A stretch of DNA of 64,000 nt from Salpingoeca rosetta. Lineage: Eukaryota; Protista; Choanoflagellata. Below the pieces are notes generated by a model. It saw nothing but the letters and a program-made list of their open reading frames with translations. It was not told the origin of the DNA and did no database searches. The DNA lies in NCBI GenBank assembly GCA_033442325.1, contig JAWQFM010000007.1:2048208-2112207 (forward strand), written 5' to 3'. The translations under genes and the position numbers were made by a program. Shown in pieces: positions 1 to 14,235 of this stretch (positions are counted from its first letter, which is position 1; each line of letters opens with the position of its first letter).

Positions 1-5
1 CCACA

Positions 6-69
<64 letters not shown>

Positions 70-86
70 GCACACACACACGCACC

Positions 87-843
87 GTCCTCGGGCCACG
101 TGGGCATGAAAATGTTGATGGTGTCGTCATTGAGCATTTCGTGTGACTTGGCGACGCGGGTGATGTCCGATTCGATGGTGCTCCACTCCACAGCCTGGGT
201 GGAACATGAGACAAGAAACGTGCACGAGCCGCATAAGCAAAGACTTGGGTGCATCAACACCAACAACCACAGTTGGTAAGAACAAGCACTCGCCCATGCG
301 CGCGTGTGCGAGGAAACGCCCATACACATTCGTGTCAAGGGGCAACACACACAAGAACACACACACACACATGCACACGCACGCACAGACACACATACAC
401 GCATACACGCACACGTACGCACGCACCTGTGCGTAGCAATAGGCCGAGACGCGGCGAGGGTGTGGGTTATCCTCCTCCAGGTCGGAGAGGTTATCGACGA
501 CACCAAATGGGACGCGTGGACGCTTGAGCAGACGGCGGCGTGAAGGCAGAAGCGGCGCACCAGCAACGCGGGGAATGTACTTGAGACCCTTCTTCTTTGA
601 GGCGGCTGCGGCAGCAGCAGCAGCCGCTGATGAGGACGATGCCGTTCCGCCCTGCTTGGACCGCCAACGAAAGCGGTCGCGCAGGCTGTCAAAGGAGTTT
701 GCCCTTGGTCGCCGAAGAACATGTGCGGTAGGGGCTGCAGTGGCGAGCAGCGGCATGTGGTCGTCGTCATCGTCGTCCGTCTCGCTGCGTAATCTGTACG
801 CGTGACTTTGGTTGATGGATGCCTGCGCTGGTCCGGGCTCCAT
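87..843 (-). CDS. DUF155 / RMD1-RMND1-like protein, 5' exons (gene continues off the left edge)
   Basis: ATG at 843 (MEPGPAQ...). Exon 843-427 ends RRVSAYCYAQ|GTGCGT, and exon 195-87 reads AVEWSTIESDITRVAKSHEMLNDDTINIFMPTWPED. RVxAYC after a disordered N-terminus resembles the RMD1/RMD8 family. Confidence 0.5.
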
Positions 844-2521
844 GGATCCGTAATTGCTATTGCGTGGGTTGTGTTGTGTGATGGGTGTTGGAGGAGGGAG
901 AGGGCAAGGGGGGAGATTGTGGGTGATGGGTGGTGAGCGCGGGATGGGACATGGGTGATGGGTGATGGGTGATGCGTGAGGAGAGTGTGTGTGTGCGTTA
1001 CTGTGTGCCGCTGATGCAGGCAATCGCGAGCGCAGCGACAGCGCACAAGCACCGACAGTGTGAACAAGCAGCAGCAGCAGCAGCAGTTGCAGGTCACGAA
1101 GCAATCTGCCACCATCAACTAGCCACGCTCAACCTCGTCATCTTCCTCCTGCAGTGGTGATCGCACGCGTGTGATGTGTGCGTGAAGTGATTGTGGGGAG
1201 AATGGTGCAAGCAAGCGACTGGCAAACGCAAGGCGCGGCGGTTGCAGCAATTCGCTGTAGTGAACACCACAAAGAGTAGTTTACAGAACGCAGCGCGTCC
1301 GGAGACAAAAACGAGGCACCGATGATGACGATGTGAGCGCAATGGAAGCCACCACTGATTGACCCGGAGGAGGAGAATGCTGATGGGTGGGGTGAGCAGC
1401 ATCCAGGCAGTTGTGTGGGTTCTTCTGCTTTGATTCGTTGTGCTTTCAGGTTTTGTTGAGCAACGGCAGCCGCTTTCTGCTCTGCTGCACTCCTCTCCTT
1501 TTTCGCTGCTTGCTTGCTTGCTTGCTTTGTTTGTGGGGGAAAAGAAGGACGACGACGAGCATCAGGAGTCGCCACACGCAGCAGTGTTGTTGTGGTGGTG
1601 TTTTGCGCGTGTGCTTTCCTCACAGAGCACACAAAGCCGCCTGCAAGCCGCCTGCCTTCCTGCCAAAGGCTGCTTGTGCTTGCTTTTTTCCTCTCAGCTG
1701 CTGCGACCACTTCACTTGAGCCACAGAGGTGTGTGCGCGTGATGTGACATGACATGACTGGATGTGTGAGGAGGAGGTGACCAGTGTGACATGACGGCTC
1801 TGCAACATCCAACAAAACATTGATCGCTTGCTTGCTGGCTTGTTTGTTGAGTGGGACGCATGTTTTGCCAGGAACACACACACTCACACACTCTCACACA
1901 CACACACTCACACAGATCACCACTAAAACTAACGTGTAACGTAAACCAACACACCTCGACAACACAAACCAGGGTTTGGTTGCAGTGGGTGTTTCGGAGC
2001 CATCATTCGTCGGTCTGCGTTGTCGTCGTCGTCGTCGTCGTCATCGTCGTGACGGCGGAGCCCCTCGCCTCCTTGGCCTCAACACGCACCCATCAACCAA
2101 CGCAGTCAACCAACCCAGCCACTCAAGCCCCAAATCAGCGATCGCCACCTGACCAACACACGTGAGTCTCTCTCCTCCTTCTCTCCCTTTTTCGCTCCAG
2201 GCCGTGTTTGAGACTTGCTGTTGCTCCTTGCCGAGCACAACGTGCCATGCATGCATGCGAGGGTCTGTGTCCTCCTGACAACCCACCAAGCAAGAAGCAA
2301 GATTGTTGTGGGAAAACGTACACAGTTGCTGCACGCGATTGAGTCGCCCATCAGCACACCGCTGTGTTCTGCAAGCTCCCACTAACGAGCAAGAAGCAGC
2401 TTGTTTGTGCTCACCCCCCTCATTTACACACGCACGCACACGCATTCATTCACATGCACATTCACACACGCACACACATTCACACACATTCACACACACT
2501 CACACACATACCCTTGACCCC

Positions 2522-2751
2522 ATGAAGGTTACCCAAGGCACACGCGTGCGCGCAAGCAGCATGGAGCACACCTCCTCCACCACCGCATCCCCTCATGAGG
2601 GTGGAGATGGGTCGGCCTCTGGGACCGATTTCTGCACGGGTCACCAGCAGGCCCAGGACACCATCCTCTTCATCTTCTTTGGTCTCACCCTCGGCGTCTT
2701 GATGAAGAAGTTCATCGAGGCCTTTCGCATTCCCGTCCCATACACCGTCTG

Positions 2752-2788
<37 letters not shown>

Positions 2789-5700
2789 TGTCTGTCTGTC
2801 TGTCTGTTTGCCTGTGTCTGTCTGTTTACCTGTGTCTGTCTGCCTGTGTTTTTGTGGGCGTGTAGATAACGGTGCCTCCCTGTCTTTGCATGTACATGCG
2901 CCTGAACGCCTCAGTGTTCTCAGTTCCCCCCGCCCGCCTGTTGATTGCCTCACAACACACAACACAATGCCACACCACAACACCACACAACATGACCCAA
3001 CACCACACGTCAGCCTGCTGTTGCTTGGGCTGGCGTGGGCGGGCCTGACCACGGTTGGCCTCGGCTTGCTGGGCGACTCTGCGTGCCTCATCAGCACGCT
3101 GGACCCGGAGCTGCTTCTCATCATCTTCCTCCCCATGCTCATCTTCGAGAGCGCCTTCTCCCTGGAGTGGCACGCCTTCAAAGGTGTTGTCATCCCCGCC
3201 CTCATCCTGGCGGTGCCCGGGCTCCTCTTCAGCATCTTCCTCACAGGCACCATCGTCCACTATGTCGTCATCCCGGAGTTTGACTGGAACTCGAGCTTTC
3301 TTCTCGGCACCCTCCTCTCTGCAACCGACCCCGTCGCTGTCGTCGCCTTGCTCAAGGAGCTTGGCGGGCCCCACACCCTCGCCACGCTCATTGAGAGCGA
3401 GTCACTCCTCAACGACGGCACGGCCATTGTTGCCTTTGCCATCTTCAGCGAGCTTGCATCTGGGGTGCACCTCACCGGCGCCGAGGGCGTGGAGATGGCG
3501 TTTCAGCTGTCCATTGGCGGCCCAGCCCTCGGCCTCCTCTGGGGCGTGGTCACCATCTTCTTCATTGGCAGAATCATTGACGACGATCTTGCTGAGGTCA
3601 CCACCACCGTCATGTCGGCATACCTCCTCTTCTTCGTGGCAGAGGACGTGTGTGAGGTCTCTGGTGTGCTCGCCCTCGTCACCATGGGCGCCTGCTTCGC
3701 GGCATATGGCCGCACACGCATCTCCCCGCGCTCCGAGCAGAGTACACACACCTTCTGGCGCATCCTCACCTTCCAGGGTAAGCAGGCCCTCTGCTGCCAC
3801 GTGTTGCTTGCATGCATGGCGTGTCACGTATAACAAAATCTGCAAGCGTGCACCTTGGTGGTTTTTTTTTTTTTTGATTGTTGTTGTTTTTTTTTGAGTG
3901 TGTGTGTGTGTGTGTGTGCACTGCATGTTTTGCGACCGTGTGTGTGTGCACCCATTCAATGGCACGCTGCCTGATCTTGAGCGGATTTTGCACCCCTGTC
4001 AACAAGCTAACATTCGCACGCCCTGCCCTCCCCTCGTCTCCATTCTTCTCTCTTCACCAGGCAACACACTCATCTTCCTGTTTGTTGGCATTGTGCTTGT
4101 GCTGACAAACGACTTCTCTCGCATCGAGGGCCGTGATTGGGGCTTTGTCATCGTCCTTTGGATCTTCCTCTACATCATCCGCGCCCTCATGGTGCTTGTG
4201 TTCGCGCTGCCGCTGCAGTGGACAGGCTATCCACTCACCTTGAAGGACTCAGTCATCATTGTGCACGGCGGCCTGCGCGGTGCTGTGGCCCTTGCCCTGG
4301 CCCTCATCGTCACGCTTGAGGAGCCCGAAAACCCAGACGAAGGCCTGCCGCAAGTCACGCGTGATAAGACGCTGTTCTACGCAGGTGGCATCGCTTTTCT
4401 CACCCTCATCATCAACGCATCTACCACTGGCCCCATTCTCCGAGGCCTCGGTACGCGATCGCTTGATGTTGTGGTGTGGGTGTGTTTGCGTGTGAGTGTG
4501 GGTGTGGGTGTGTTTGCTTGCTTGCGTGTTTGAGTCGTGGGTGTGTGTGTGTTTGCTTGCGTGTTTGAGTCGTGTGTGCGTTTGTTTGCGTGTTTGAGTT
4601 GTGTGTGTGTGTGTGTGTGTTTAAAGGTGTGTGTGCCAGCGTGTAACTACTCGCACACCTTGACTTCCATTCATGCACAACTCCACTCATGTATATCTTC
4701 CATTCATGTACAACTCCAACTCTCGGGTTTCACTCTCCTCGCGCCTTGCCACCTGACATCCCATCGTCTTTGTATGTGCACACGCGAACCAGGCCTGGTC
4801 AAGGAGGCCGCTGCCCAGCGCGCTGTGTATGAAGACGCGCGCCAGACCATCTCCCGCCTCACCCTGCAGCGCGCAAAGGTGATGAGCAAGGACAAGCTCT
4901 TCTCCATGGCGAACTGGGACGAGGCCACCGAGTTTGTCGCCCCGCCAACTTCTCTGGGCAAAGTCGTTTTCAAGGCAGACAAGGTGTGCATACACATGTG
5001 TGCGTTTGTGTGTGCTGTGTGTGCATATGTCTGCGCGCTCGTGTATGTGCAATCTTGTGCGTGTGTGCGTTCGTGTGTCGGTGCCTGTGCGAGGCGCGTG
5101 TGGGATGCAACTCGTGCTCTACAACTGCACAGGTGCCTGTCTTGGTGGAGGTAGCATGTCTCTGATGAACATATGCATGCACGATGCTGTGTTGGCTGCT
5201 CGTGAAGCCCCCCCCCCGGGGCACAACCTAACCCCTACTTCTCCTCCTCCACTTCCTCCTTTGCAGCATGGCCGTCCATCCAGGATCCAAGCTCCGGTGT
5301 GTATGTGTGCGTGTGCGTGCGTGCGTGCGTGGGTGTCTGGGTGGATGTGGGTGGGTGGGATGGCCTGCAGTATCTGTTTTTCCTTCCTTGTTGTGCTGTC
5401 ATGTTGCTTGCGCTCAGTCGCGCCCGCAATTGTGCCAAACGCCTGCTCCCTTCCGCTCACACACGCGCGCGTCATTGTTGTTGTGCCGTTTTTGCTGTCG
5501 TTTGTTGTGGTTGGCCAGCCAAGCGCCGTTGGTGACGTGAAGGAGGACGATTTTGAGATGATGGTCGACCCCGCCACCGGCACGCAGTCGCTGCCCGAGG
5601 GCGACGTGAGCAGATCCGTGCTCTCGCCTCCACCTGCCCAACAGCAGCAGCAGCAGCAGCAGCAGCAGGGCGCGGGTAAGGACATGCGGACGTCGCAAAC

Positions 5701-7534
5701 GCTGGCGCCGCCGTCGCCAAGCATCAGCGCCGCGCAGTCACGCGAGCACTTGGACGAGGAAGAGGACGAGATTGCCCGCAAGCACCACGAGCGAACAAAC
5801 CGGCGCATGATGCAGCTGTTTGGCTACGCCTCGTCGCACCTGCGCCGTCTCCGCCACCGCCAAAGTCACGGCGCCAGCCGAGACAACGTCAACCGCCGCA
5901 GCGGGAACGTCTCCCCGCGCTCGCCCAATGGCGGTGGTGGCGGCAGCATGGAGACCCTTGACGAGCACGAGCCCATGGATGCAAGCACCTCGCAGTGTCG
6001 CGAAGGCAACAACAAGTCCCGCAGTCTGCTGACCCGCCTCGGTCGCCTGGGCCTCAGGCATGAGCAGCGCCCCGTGTCACACGAGTTTTGCGTACTGGGC
6101 GAGGAGGCCTCCACCAACGGCCATGGAACAGAAGAGCTGCACCCACGCCGCAGCACGGGCAGCGGTGAGCGGCGCCTGAGCCACCACCACAGCCACGCCC
6201 GCCGCCGTCGGCCCTCCACCTCCCACAGCGCAGACATGCAGAACGCGCGCCTCCGCTTCCTCGTCAGCACCCGCGCCATCTACTGGGAGCTGTTTGACTC
6301 CGGCTTTCTCGACCGCGACAGCGTCCTGCTGCTTGTCAACGCCTCTGAGACGGAGGAGCATGCAGTCGAGCACGATTCCACGCGCAAACTCAACGACTGG
6401 AACGCCGACCTGCAGCGGTTTGTGCACACGCCCTGGCCCGTGCGTGTTCTGCGCCGGCAGCGGTGGTGGGTGCTTGACTACCTGCGTCGCCGTCTGCTTC
6501 GCTGGTACGAGATCCACCACGCGGCCGCGTGTGTCAACGTTGCTGACGCCTTCACGGCAGCGCATCGCAAGGTCTTGGGCGACCTCAGCGGCCTGCTGTC
6601 AGAGGTGAGAGCTTTGCCTGTGGCTGCTGCACATCCTCACTTGCACCGCACGCCTTTGTGATGCCAATGGCCTGGCTGCCTGCTGCTTGATGCTGTTGAA
6701 AGGACACGCACACTTGTGCGAGCCTGCTTGTACACTTGCAAGCATCTTTTCATGCGTTGTGCTCACCATCCACACACGCAACCGCCACCGCAACCGCAAA
6801 CACCGTCCGATGACCATGTTACCTTACACACGCTGATGCCACGTTTTTGTTTTTTTGTTTTTTGTCCACTGTCCATCCATCAATGCCGTTGCTATTACAG
6901 GTGACGCACAGCGAGGAGAACCGGCGACGCCTGCTCGAGGAGTGCTTTGCCAACATGGAGCTCTCCCGCATGGTTTCCCGCGAATTCCCACACGAGGTGG
7001 TGTCCATTGTTCGCACGCGCCAGGCCACATCGCTGCTGCTGCGCCACCAGGAGGAGGTGATTGGCTCCAAGTTCCGACACGGCATCTTCACTGCCCTCGA
7101 GCACGACCACCTCATTGGACACATCCGCAAGGTGCGCGCCAAGCTTGTGCTCAACACGGCATCGTTCCACTTTCCCGATGAGGAAGGCATCCTCCGCTGG
7201 AGCCGCCTGATGGAGGACCTGAGCTCCGATGACGTGGAGGAGGTGTTCCGGAAGATGCAGATTGTCACCTCAGAGTTCAACGAGCCGCTGGTGAGGAAGA
7301 ATGGCAAGTGCAAGGGCATCTACGTCATTTTGCGCGGGTACGCGTGCTTTGAGAACCGCCCCCGTCGTAATTCCGTGCAGCGAGAGTCGCATGTTGCCAA
7401 CACCCACCTCAACACGCCAAACGGCCAGCCGCAGCAACAGCAACAACAAAAGCAGAAGTCACACACAGACGTGCTCATGGCGGGGCGCACCTTGGGCGTC
7501 ATCGAAACCGTCGCACAGCACACAGGTGTGTGTG

Positions 7535-7597
<63 letters not shown>

Positions 7598-7608
7598 GGT
7601 GGTGGTGG

Positions 7609-7652
<44 letters not shown>

Positions 7653-8453
7653 AGGAGAATTAGTTGAATTACACGCGCCGGCTATGAATGCCACTTGGCC
7701 ATTTGGCACATTGCTTGGCTGGCTTGTGCTTTCACTTGTGCACGTACTGTCTGCTTGATGTGTCGCCTGACTTCCGCACGTACACACACACACACACACA
7801 ACCTCGACCTTTACGCAGGGCTGGTGACCATTCGCACAATGAGCCACAAGCTGCAGGCCGCCTTTTTCCCCGTCAAGGCCGTCCATGAGCTCTTCGAGTC
7901 CGTGCCTCTCGTAAGCTGCCATGCCTTGTCTTGGCGGTGTTGTGCTACTTGCCTGTTTTGGCTTCTTCGTTCAAATGAGCAAGTGCTCACGCAACACGAC
8001 TTACACCACAACCTGCTTGATTCTTTCCTCACCCCCACGCAACCCTGTCTCGCCCTTTGCAGTTCAAGCGCAACGCGTACCGCCTGTGTGCGTTCCAGCT
8101 GTGTTATCTGCAGCGCCCGCATCTTTTCCGCGCAGCCGGACGCGTTCTGCCCCACGCGCGCAACATCGCCGACGCGCCGTTCAGCGTGCAGGAGGACCTG
8201 TGGCCGTTTGCACACGCGGGCAGCATGGAGGAGATGAAGAAACACGAGCGTGTTGCGTTGGGCGTGGCCGGGCTGGTCGTCTCTGGCAAGTACCGGCGCA
8301 TCAAGGAGTCTGAGGATGGCAGCCCGACGTTCCACCGCAGCACATCCAGCGTCTTCCATCGCCAGGTGTCCCAACCGCTGCCGCAGCCAAAGAAGAAACA
8401 GCAGCCAACGAAGCCGCACCGCACCCCAACGTACAATCAGCGCCATGCCTGTG

Positions 8454-8500
<47 letters not shown>

Positions 8501-10100
8501 GATGTGTGTTTGGATGTTTGTTGGGCAGTGTGCGAATTGTTGTCACGATCCATCAAATCTCACATTTGTTCTTATCCCTTGACAGGTCTCGGCCCAAGTT
8601 CAACGCCGGTGTGAGCCTGAGTGGCGGCGCCACGACGGAACGACGTGAGCCACTTTCGTGTGTGTGTGTGTGTATGTGTATGTGTGTGGTTCTCGTTTTG
8701 CTTCAGGATTCTCACACACATCGTATCTGCCTTTGGTTCAGGGACTGGCCTGCCGCAAATGCTTGTTGGCAAGAACCAAGGTGGCTCCACCTTTGACTCG
8801 GACAAGCTTGCCATCCCACAAGTGACTGGTGCGCGAAACATGTTGCTGTTTTGCGTGTGTGTGTGTGTGTGTGTGTGTGGTTGTTTGTACTTGTATCGTC
8901 TGTCGCTCGCTACCTTGAATTTTTCTTCCCTGGATTCATGCTGCTTCACGGCCCTGCTCCACATGCCGCACTGCATATATGCCCTTTCAAATACACAGAG
9001 GGGTGTGAGCAACTCGCGTCTATGTCCGACACCTACTCCAACATGCTCGCCGCTGAGCACTTCCACCATCAGCAGATGCTGCCAGATCGTCGCACAAGGT
9101 GTGTGTATGCATGTATGCACTAACTTCCCTGCTTGCATTTTGCACCGTGTTTCTGCCGTTGCTCTTCTTGTCCCATGCCTTTGTGAATTCTCACACACGT
9201 TCACACACGTCACGCACGTCAACACACGCGCGTAAACACACCAGCGAGCTGTCTCTCGGGCGCACGGAGTACGTTCCCTTCAAGGTCCTGCAGGCTGGCG
9301 AGTATTTGTGCCTCGAACCCGGTCTGATCTTCGCCATGGGCCCAACTGCCCTGCGGGTAAGACGCTGAGACTTGCTTGTGTCTTTGTCTGTGTATCTGTG
9401 TCTCTGTGTGCCTCTGTGTCTCTGTGTGTCCATGTATGTCTGTCTGTGTCTGTGTCTGTGTTCGCGTTCTAAAGACTTTTCTGCCATGCGACGCTCTCTC
9501 CTTCTGTGTTGTAGCCCCTGAGTCCCTGCTGCCTGTACTGCCTAACTCATCCACAACATGAAACCACCCCCCTCTCTTTCTCTTCTCCCTCGCCCTTCCT
9601 CTTTCCTCCAATACCAGACGCCCGATGTGCTGGACATCAAGGCCCAACAAGAGGAGGAGACGCCAGACGTGCATGAGTCACCGGCTGCATCTGTGCGCGA
9701 TCGCCTCGAGTCGCTTGCAGAGAGCGATGACGGCCTCATCAGCGCGCGCGGTTCTGTCAGCGAAATCGACTTCACCAGGGCACATGGCGAGGTGCAGCCT
9801 GCCTTTGCAGACAACCCGCGCATCATGGTTGACGCTGCCACGCCCTCCTCCTCCACGCTCGGCTCGCAATCACAAGCGCAATCGCACACGTCCGCGCGTG
9901 ATGCGGCTGCTGCTGTGCGCCAGCGCCTGCGCAGCCAAGGACCACCAACGGCAGACACGCAACGCACACCCCGCAGCTCTGCGTCCTCTGAGAGCAGTGC
10001 CGACGGTGGCGGCTTGCAGATGGGCTCACTTGCTCGCCAGCGCCGCACAAGCAGTGACAGCGATGGCGAAGAGGCGCCGCTCACCTTCTCAATCGTGTAG
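2522..10100 (+). CDS. CPA1 Na+/H+ antiporter, SOS1/NHX7/SLC9C-like, with long cytosolic tail and degenerate cyclic-nucleotide-binding domain (multi-exon)
   Basis: Motifs LDPELLLIIFLPMLIFESAF, SATDPVAVVALLKELG, IESESLLNDGTAIV, VSGVLALV and GGLRGAVALALAL. SOS1-type helical region ARLRFL..YWELFDSGFL. CNBD-like EPLVRKNGKCKGIYVILRG. Exons approx 2522-2751, 3014-3777, 4061-4450, 4793-4983, 5519-6604, 6901-7524, 7819-7910, 8063-8430, several small exons, then 9618-10100. Confidence 0.9.
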
Positions 10101-10739
10101 CCGTTTCGTCTCGTGCGTGCGTGTGTGTGTGTGTGTCTTGTGTGCGTGTGTGTGTATGCGTGTGTCTTGTGTCTGCCTCTGTATCTGTGTAGGTATCTGT
10201 GTGCATTTGTTTGCCTGCGGTGTTTGAAACGCGGACACGAGGTGTTGCTGACTGCTTGTTTCAGTCAGTTGTTCCACCATGCTGACGTTGTTGCCTGAAT
10301 GCGACCTTTTTGGGTGCCGTTGTTACTCGTTCATATCGCCTTGTTCCCCACGCCCACGTCGCTTGCTTGTCGGTGCTGTTGTGTTGTGCTGTGGCCTTGT
10401 TGTCGTCCTCCCCCCTCCCCCACCCAACCCTGTGATGACTGCTGCCCGTCTTGGTTGACTGCTGACTTGAATGGACTCTTTCTTTGTGTTGGCATAACAC
10501 CTCGCTGGCATGTGTGTGTGTGTGTCGTTATGAGCACAGAGGCGTTGCTTGTTACTGCCTGCCTTGCTGCTGACACTTTACGTTGATGACTGTTCCTGCG
10601 GGTGCCATTGTTTTGCTTGTTCATTTCAAAGACAAGAGGCAGCAAAGGAAGCTGAAACTGGGTCAACAGCCATACCTCATGTGATGTAACTCGATACACG
10701 AAGCAGATTGGCTCAAGCACGCACACACACACACACACA

Positions 10740-10770
<31 letters not shown>

Positions 10771-10845
10771 GTCCAATGGCACTCACACATCAATCAGTAC
10801 AATCACAACAACACACTGCCAGACACACACGCGCGCGTGTGTGTC

Positions 10846-12878
10846 CTATGTGAACCCCTTGATAGTGCGCCTGCGCCGGATGCGCGGGGAGGACCGGCCA
10901 TCCTCTTCCATCGACAGCTCAGACACGTCGCTCGACTCGCTGTTGTTCCTCCCTTTGTTGCGTCCTTTCTTCGGAGGACTGCGCCGCCCAATCGTGCTCG
11001 CGTTGTCCACGTCCTCCTCATCCTCATCCTCATCGTCGTCGTCGTCGCGTGAATCGTAATGCGAGTCGCCACCACCGCCACCACGGTGCCTGCCCTTATG
11101 TCCACGCCGTCGTCTGTCTTTACCACCATCGCTGACATCGCTTGCGTCGTCGTGGCTGTGGTCGTTGTCGTCACCGCTGCTGCCGCGTGTGCGCCGCCCG
11201 CCACGCTTTCCTCTGCGCCCGTCCTTGTTCTGGAAATGATTTTAAACGGGTTCCCACCGCACGTACATATGCAAGCGCACACGCGCACGCGCAAAGGGGC
11301 ACAGAGGATGAGTGGGGTTGGACAAATGCCGTGTGGATGACAGCATCATCAGGTGCACGCCCGCGCAATGCTCACCTTACGCCTCCCAGTGTCGTTGATT
11401 GATTTCTCCATGGTGGTCACCTCCTGCTCGTGCAAACGCACGCAAGACAATGAAACGACAGTGACAAGTGTGATTGACAAATTCACGTGGATACACCACC
11501 ATTGGTCCTCTTTTCCACACATGCACAAAAGCAAGCACACACACCCACACGCGACCTTGAGGTCTTCGTCTGGGTTGATGTAGTCGATGTAGCGCTGGCC
11601 AGAGGAGAGGCGTTCCAGTGTGCGACAGCACAGAATCAATTGCGCCTCAAGAAAATCATGCATCAGATCCTACACCAGCATTAACATCATTGACATGGAG
11701 CAGTGGTGGTGGTGAGATGGGCAAGGCGCGTGCAGCCGTGCAGTGGTGATGATGACACGCATGCAATCTCTTCTCTGCCTCTGCCTCTCCCTCTACCTCT
11801 GTGTGCATATGTGTGCATAAACTCATACCCGCAAGCAGTCGAGCTTTCTGCCCTCAAACTCGACAATGCTGCGCGCAAGCCCTTTGTCGCTCTCCAACAC
11901 CTGTATATGTGCAACAAGCAAGAAGGGCAGTGCAAGCCGTCCATTGCACCGCATTCGTTGTGCGTGAGTGTGTGTGTGTGTGTGAAGGTGCTAGTTGACG
12001 CATGAGTCGCAGCAAGGTACATTTATTATGCTACTCCTGCACCACGTTCCAATATCTGTTCATTTGGCTTACCGCTGCTTTTGCAGAGGCGTGGTCCAGC
12101 TTTGCGTCATTCTATGAGAAAGAGAGAGAGAGCAAACACATCCAAAAATCCATGCAAGGCAGTTTGGAACCACGTGAGCGCAAGTAACCCCAACCGTGGT
12201 CGTGTTGTGCACTCGCAACAGTGTGTACACGTCCCACGACACCAGCGCGTGGGCTCAACAGCCAGCCATCACCACAGACATGTGGGTCGGCCAACTCACC
12301 AATGCCTTGGTTGCGCTGGATTCCTTTGACCGAAGCTTGTCGAGTGCCTTCTTCTTCAGCTCCTTCTTGTTCTTCAACTTGTCCCTCGTCTGCAGCTCAT
12401 CCTGTGCACGCATGTGCATGCAGGCACGTGGCATGACGTGGGTGAGCGCAGCAAGGAATGTGACTTGTGGTCGCTGGTGTGATTACAGATGTGCATGTGT
12501 AAAATACACCACTGCACCCATGTTCGTGCATGTGTGCATGTGTGCATGTTGTCCCGATTGTGCATCTGGTAGTGGGCAGCAGCCATGATTCACAGTGCAT
12601 GCAAAGACAGGCTGTTTCGCGCAGTGTGGGGCAAACGAGCTCACGCGGATGTCTTTCGTCTTGGTGGCAAACTCGCGGAGGGCCTCGGCCACTTTTGAGC
12701 TGCACCGATTTGCCTGGCAGCAAGCACACAATACAAAAGGGACAGTCAAGTCACAACAAAGGAACTGTCAGCAACCTCTGCATCAGTACACGTACACACG
12801 CACAGAGAGGGGGGGAAAGAGAGAGGGGGGGAGGGAGGGAGGGAGGGAGGGAGGGAGAGACAGACAGACAGACAGACA

Positions 12879-12921
<43 letters not shown>

Positions 12922-13530
12922 CAACACACAGACGCGCACACACATCAATCACAGTTGCTTGCAAATGCACCCACACTATCGCACCAGTTTTCTGCGTTGG
13001 TCCTGTGCCTTTTCCAGCATGGCGCCATACTTGGAGAGGGACTTGCGTATGCCTGGGCTTTCCTCCTCGCTGTACGCTTGCAGCGCCTCTGCAAATGCCG
13101 TGTACCTACAGCAGTAACGACACAAACGAGTGCGTGGGTGTGGTATGATGTGAAGAAAAGTACTCCCAAATGCACACATTTGTGCGTGCGTTTGTGTGCG
13201 TGCGTGCGTGTGGGTGATGGAATGCACCACGAGCGAGTGACACCTGCACACGAAAACGCAAGCACACACACGCACACACACACACACACACGCACACACA
13301 CACAGTGCACGCAACGATAGCAGCAGTATCATCACCACCACCACCATCATAATCACGACCAGCATGAGCACCAGGCAGGCTAGCACAGGAATACATGCAC
13401 GGCACCTGTCTGCGAGCTTTGCCTCTGTGCGGGTGATGTCATCCATGAGCGCAGCCAACGACAAGAAGTGGTGGTCCACGAGCTGGCTCTTGCGGCTCAC
13501 CAGCCGGCTCAGCGAATCTCTGACAAGCAT
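10846..13530 (-). CDS. CIBAR1: FAM92/CIBAR family BAR-domain ciliary protein (multi-exon)
   Basis: The spliced product VDHHFLSLAALMDDITRTEAKLAD..FAEALQAYSEEESPGIRKSLSKYGAMLEKAQDQRRKL..CSSKVAEALREF..FEGRKL..FLEAQLILCCRTLERLSSGQRYIDYINPDEDLK parallels FAM92A as recalled (..ETPHLKLGL..KLQDYRQ..KVVEPLK..FERQK..IQNIDEDEDLE). The last exon is a charged low-complexity tail ending TIKGFT*. Confidence 0.75.
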
Positions 13531-14047
13531 TGTTTTCGTCGTGGATCAGATTTCCCCACCAATGTCAGTGAGTGAGCAAAGTGAGTTGGGTGGATGGTGT
13601 GGGTGGTGTGAGCAAGCACACGAGCCAGGCGACAGCAACCACCACCAACGACAACGATCCACCAGCACCACCAGCACCAACAACAACCCACCCAAAGCTT
13701 GTCATCGTTGTTTGTTGTCCTTGTTGTGTTTCGTGTAACGGCAATTGTATCTTTGTGTGTCGCGTGTCGCCTTCAATTGCAAGCCGGCCTTCCATGCTGT
13801 CGCGTGCATGCAGTCGATAATTTTTTTTATTTTTTCCGCTCCACCATTTGCGAACCACATGTGAGTGAGTTGTTGTGTCGTGTGGACAACCTGCTCCGCC
13901 CACGTTCCTACCTGCCTTGCGCTTGCCGCTTGCGGCTTGCTCGGTCGGGGGGTGTGTTGTGTTGTCGAGCGCGTCCTGTGCTTTGTGCTTTGCTTGCTCT
14001 ATATGTGTTGTGTGGGTCGATGCTTCTTGTGTGTCTCACCCACGCAC

Positions 14048-14078
<31 letters not shown>

Positions 14079-14235
14079 TACATGACCTCACACACACATA
14101 TGTACCACACAACACGTGGGGGTTTGCGTTTGCTCGTTTTGGCGGGTGGCAGCACGTCAACCACCCCGCTTTGATCAATCGACAACCCAAAGCCCAGGAC
14201 CGTGCACGACTTGCTTTCATCACCAGAATACCGCC

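Noticed and set aside
10432-10466. GTGATGA...CTGA in the antiporter 3' region
   Set aside because: Too short for a C/D snoRNA, with no terminal stem or antisense guide.
13531-14235. RFX X-box or heat-shock elements in the FAM92/DnaJ divergent promoter
   Set aside because: Only half-site-like matches (AGCAAC, GGCAAT), with no convincing full X-box or nGAAnnTTCn array.
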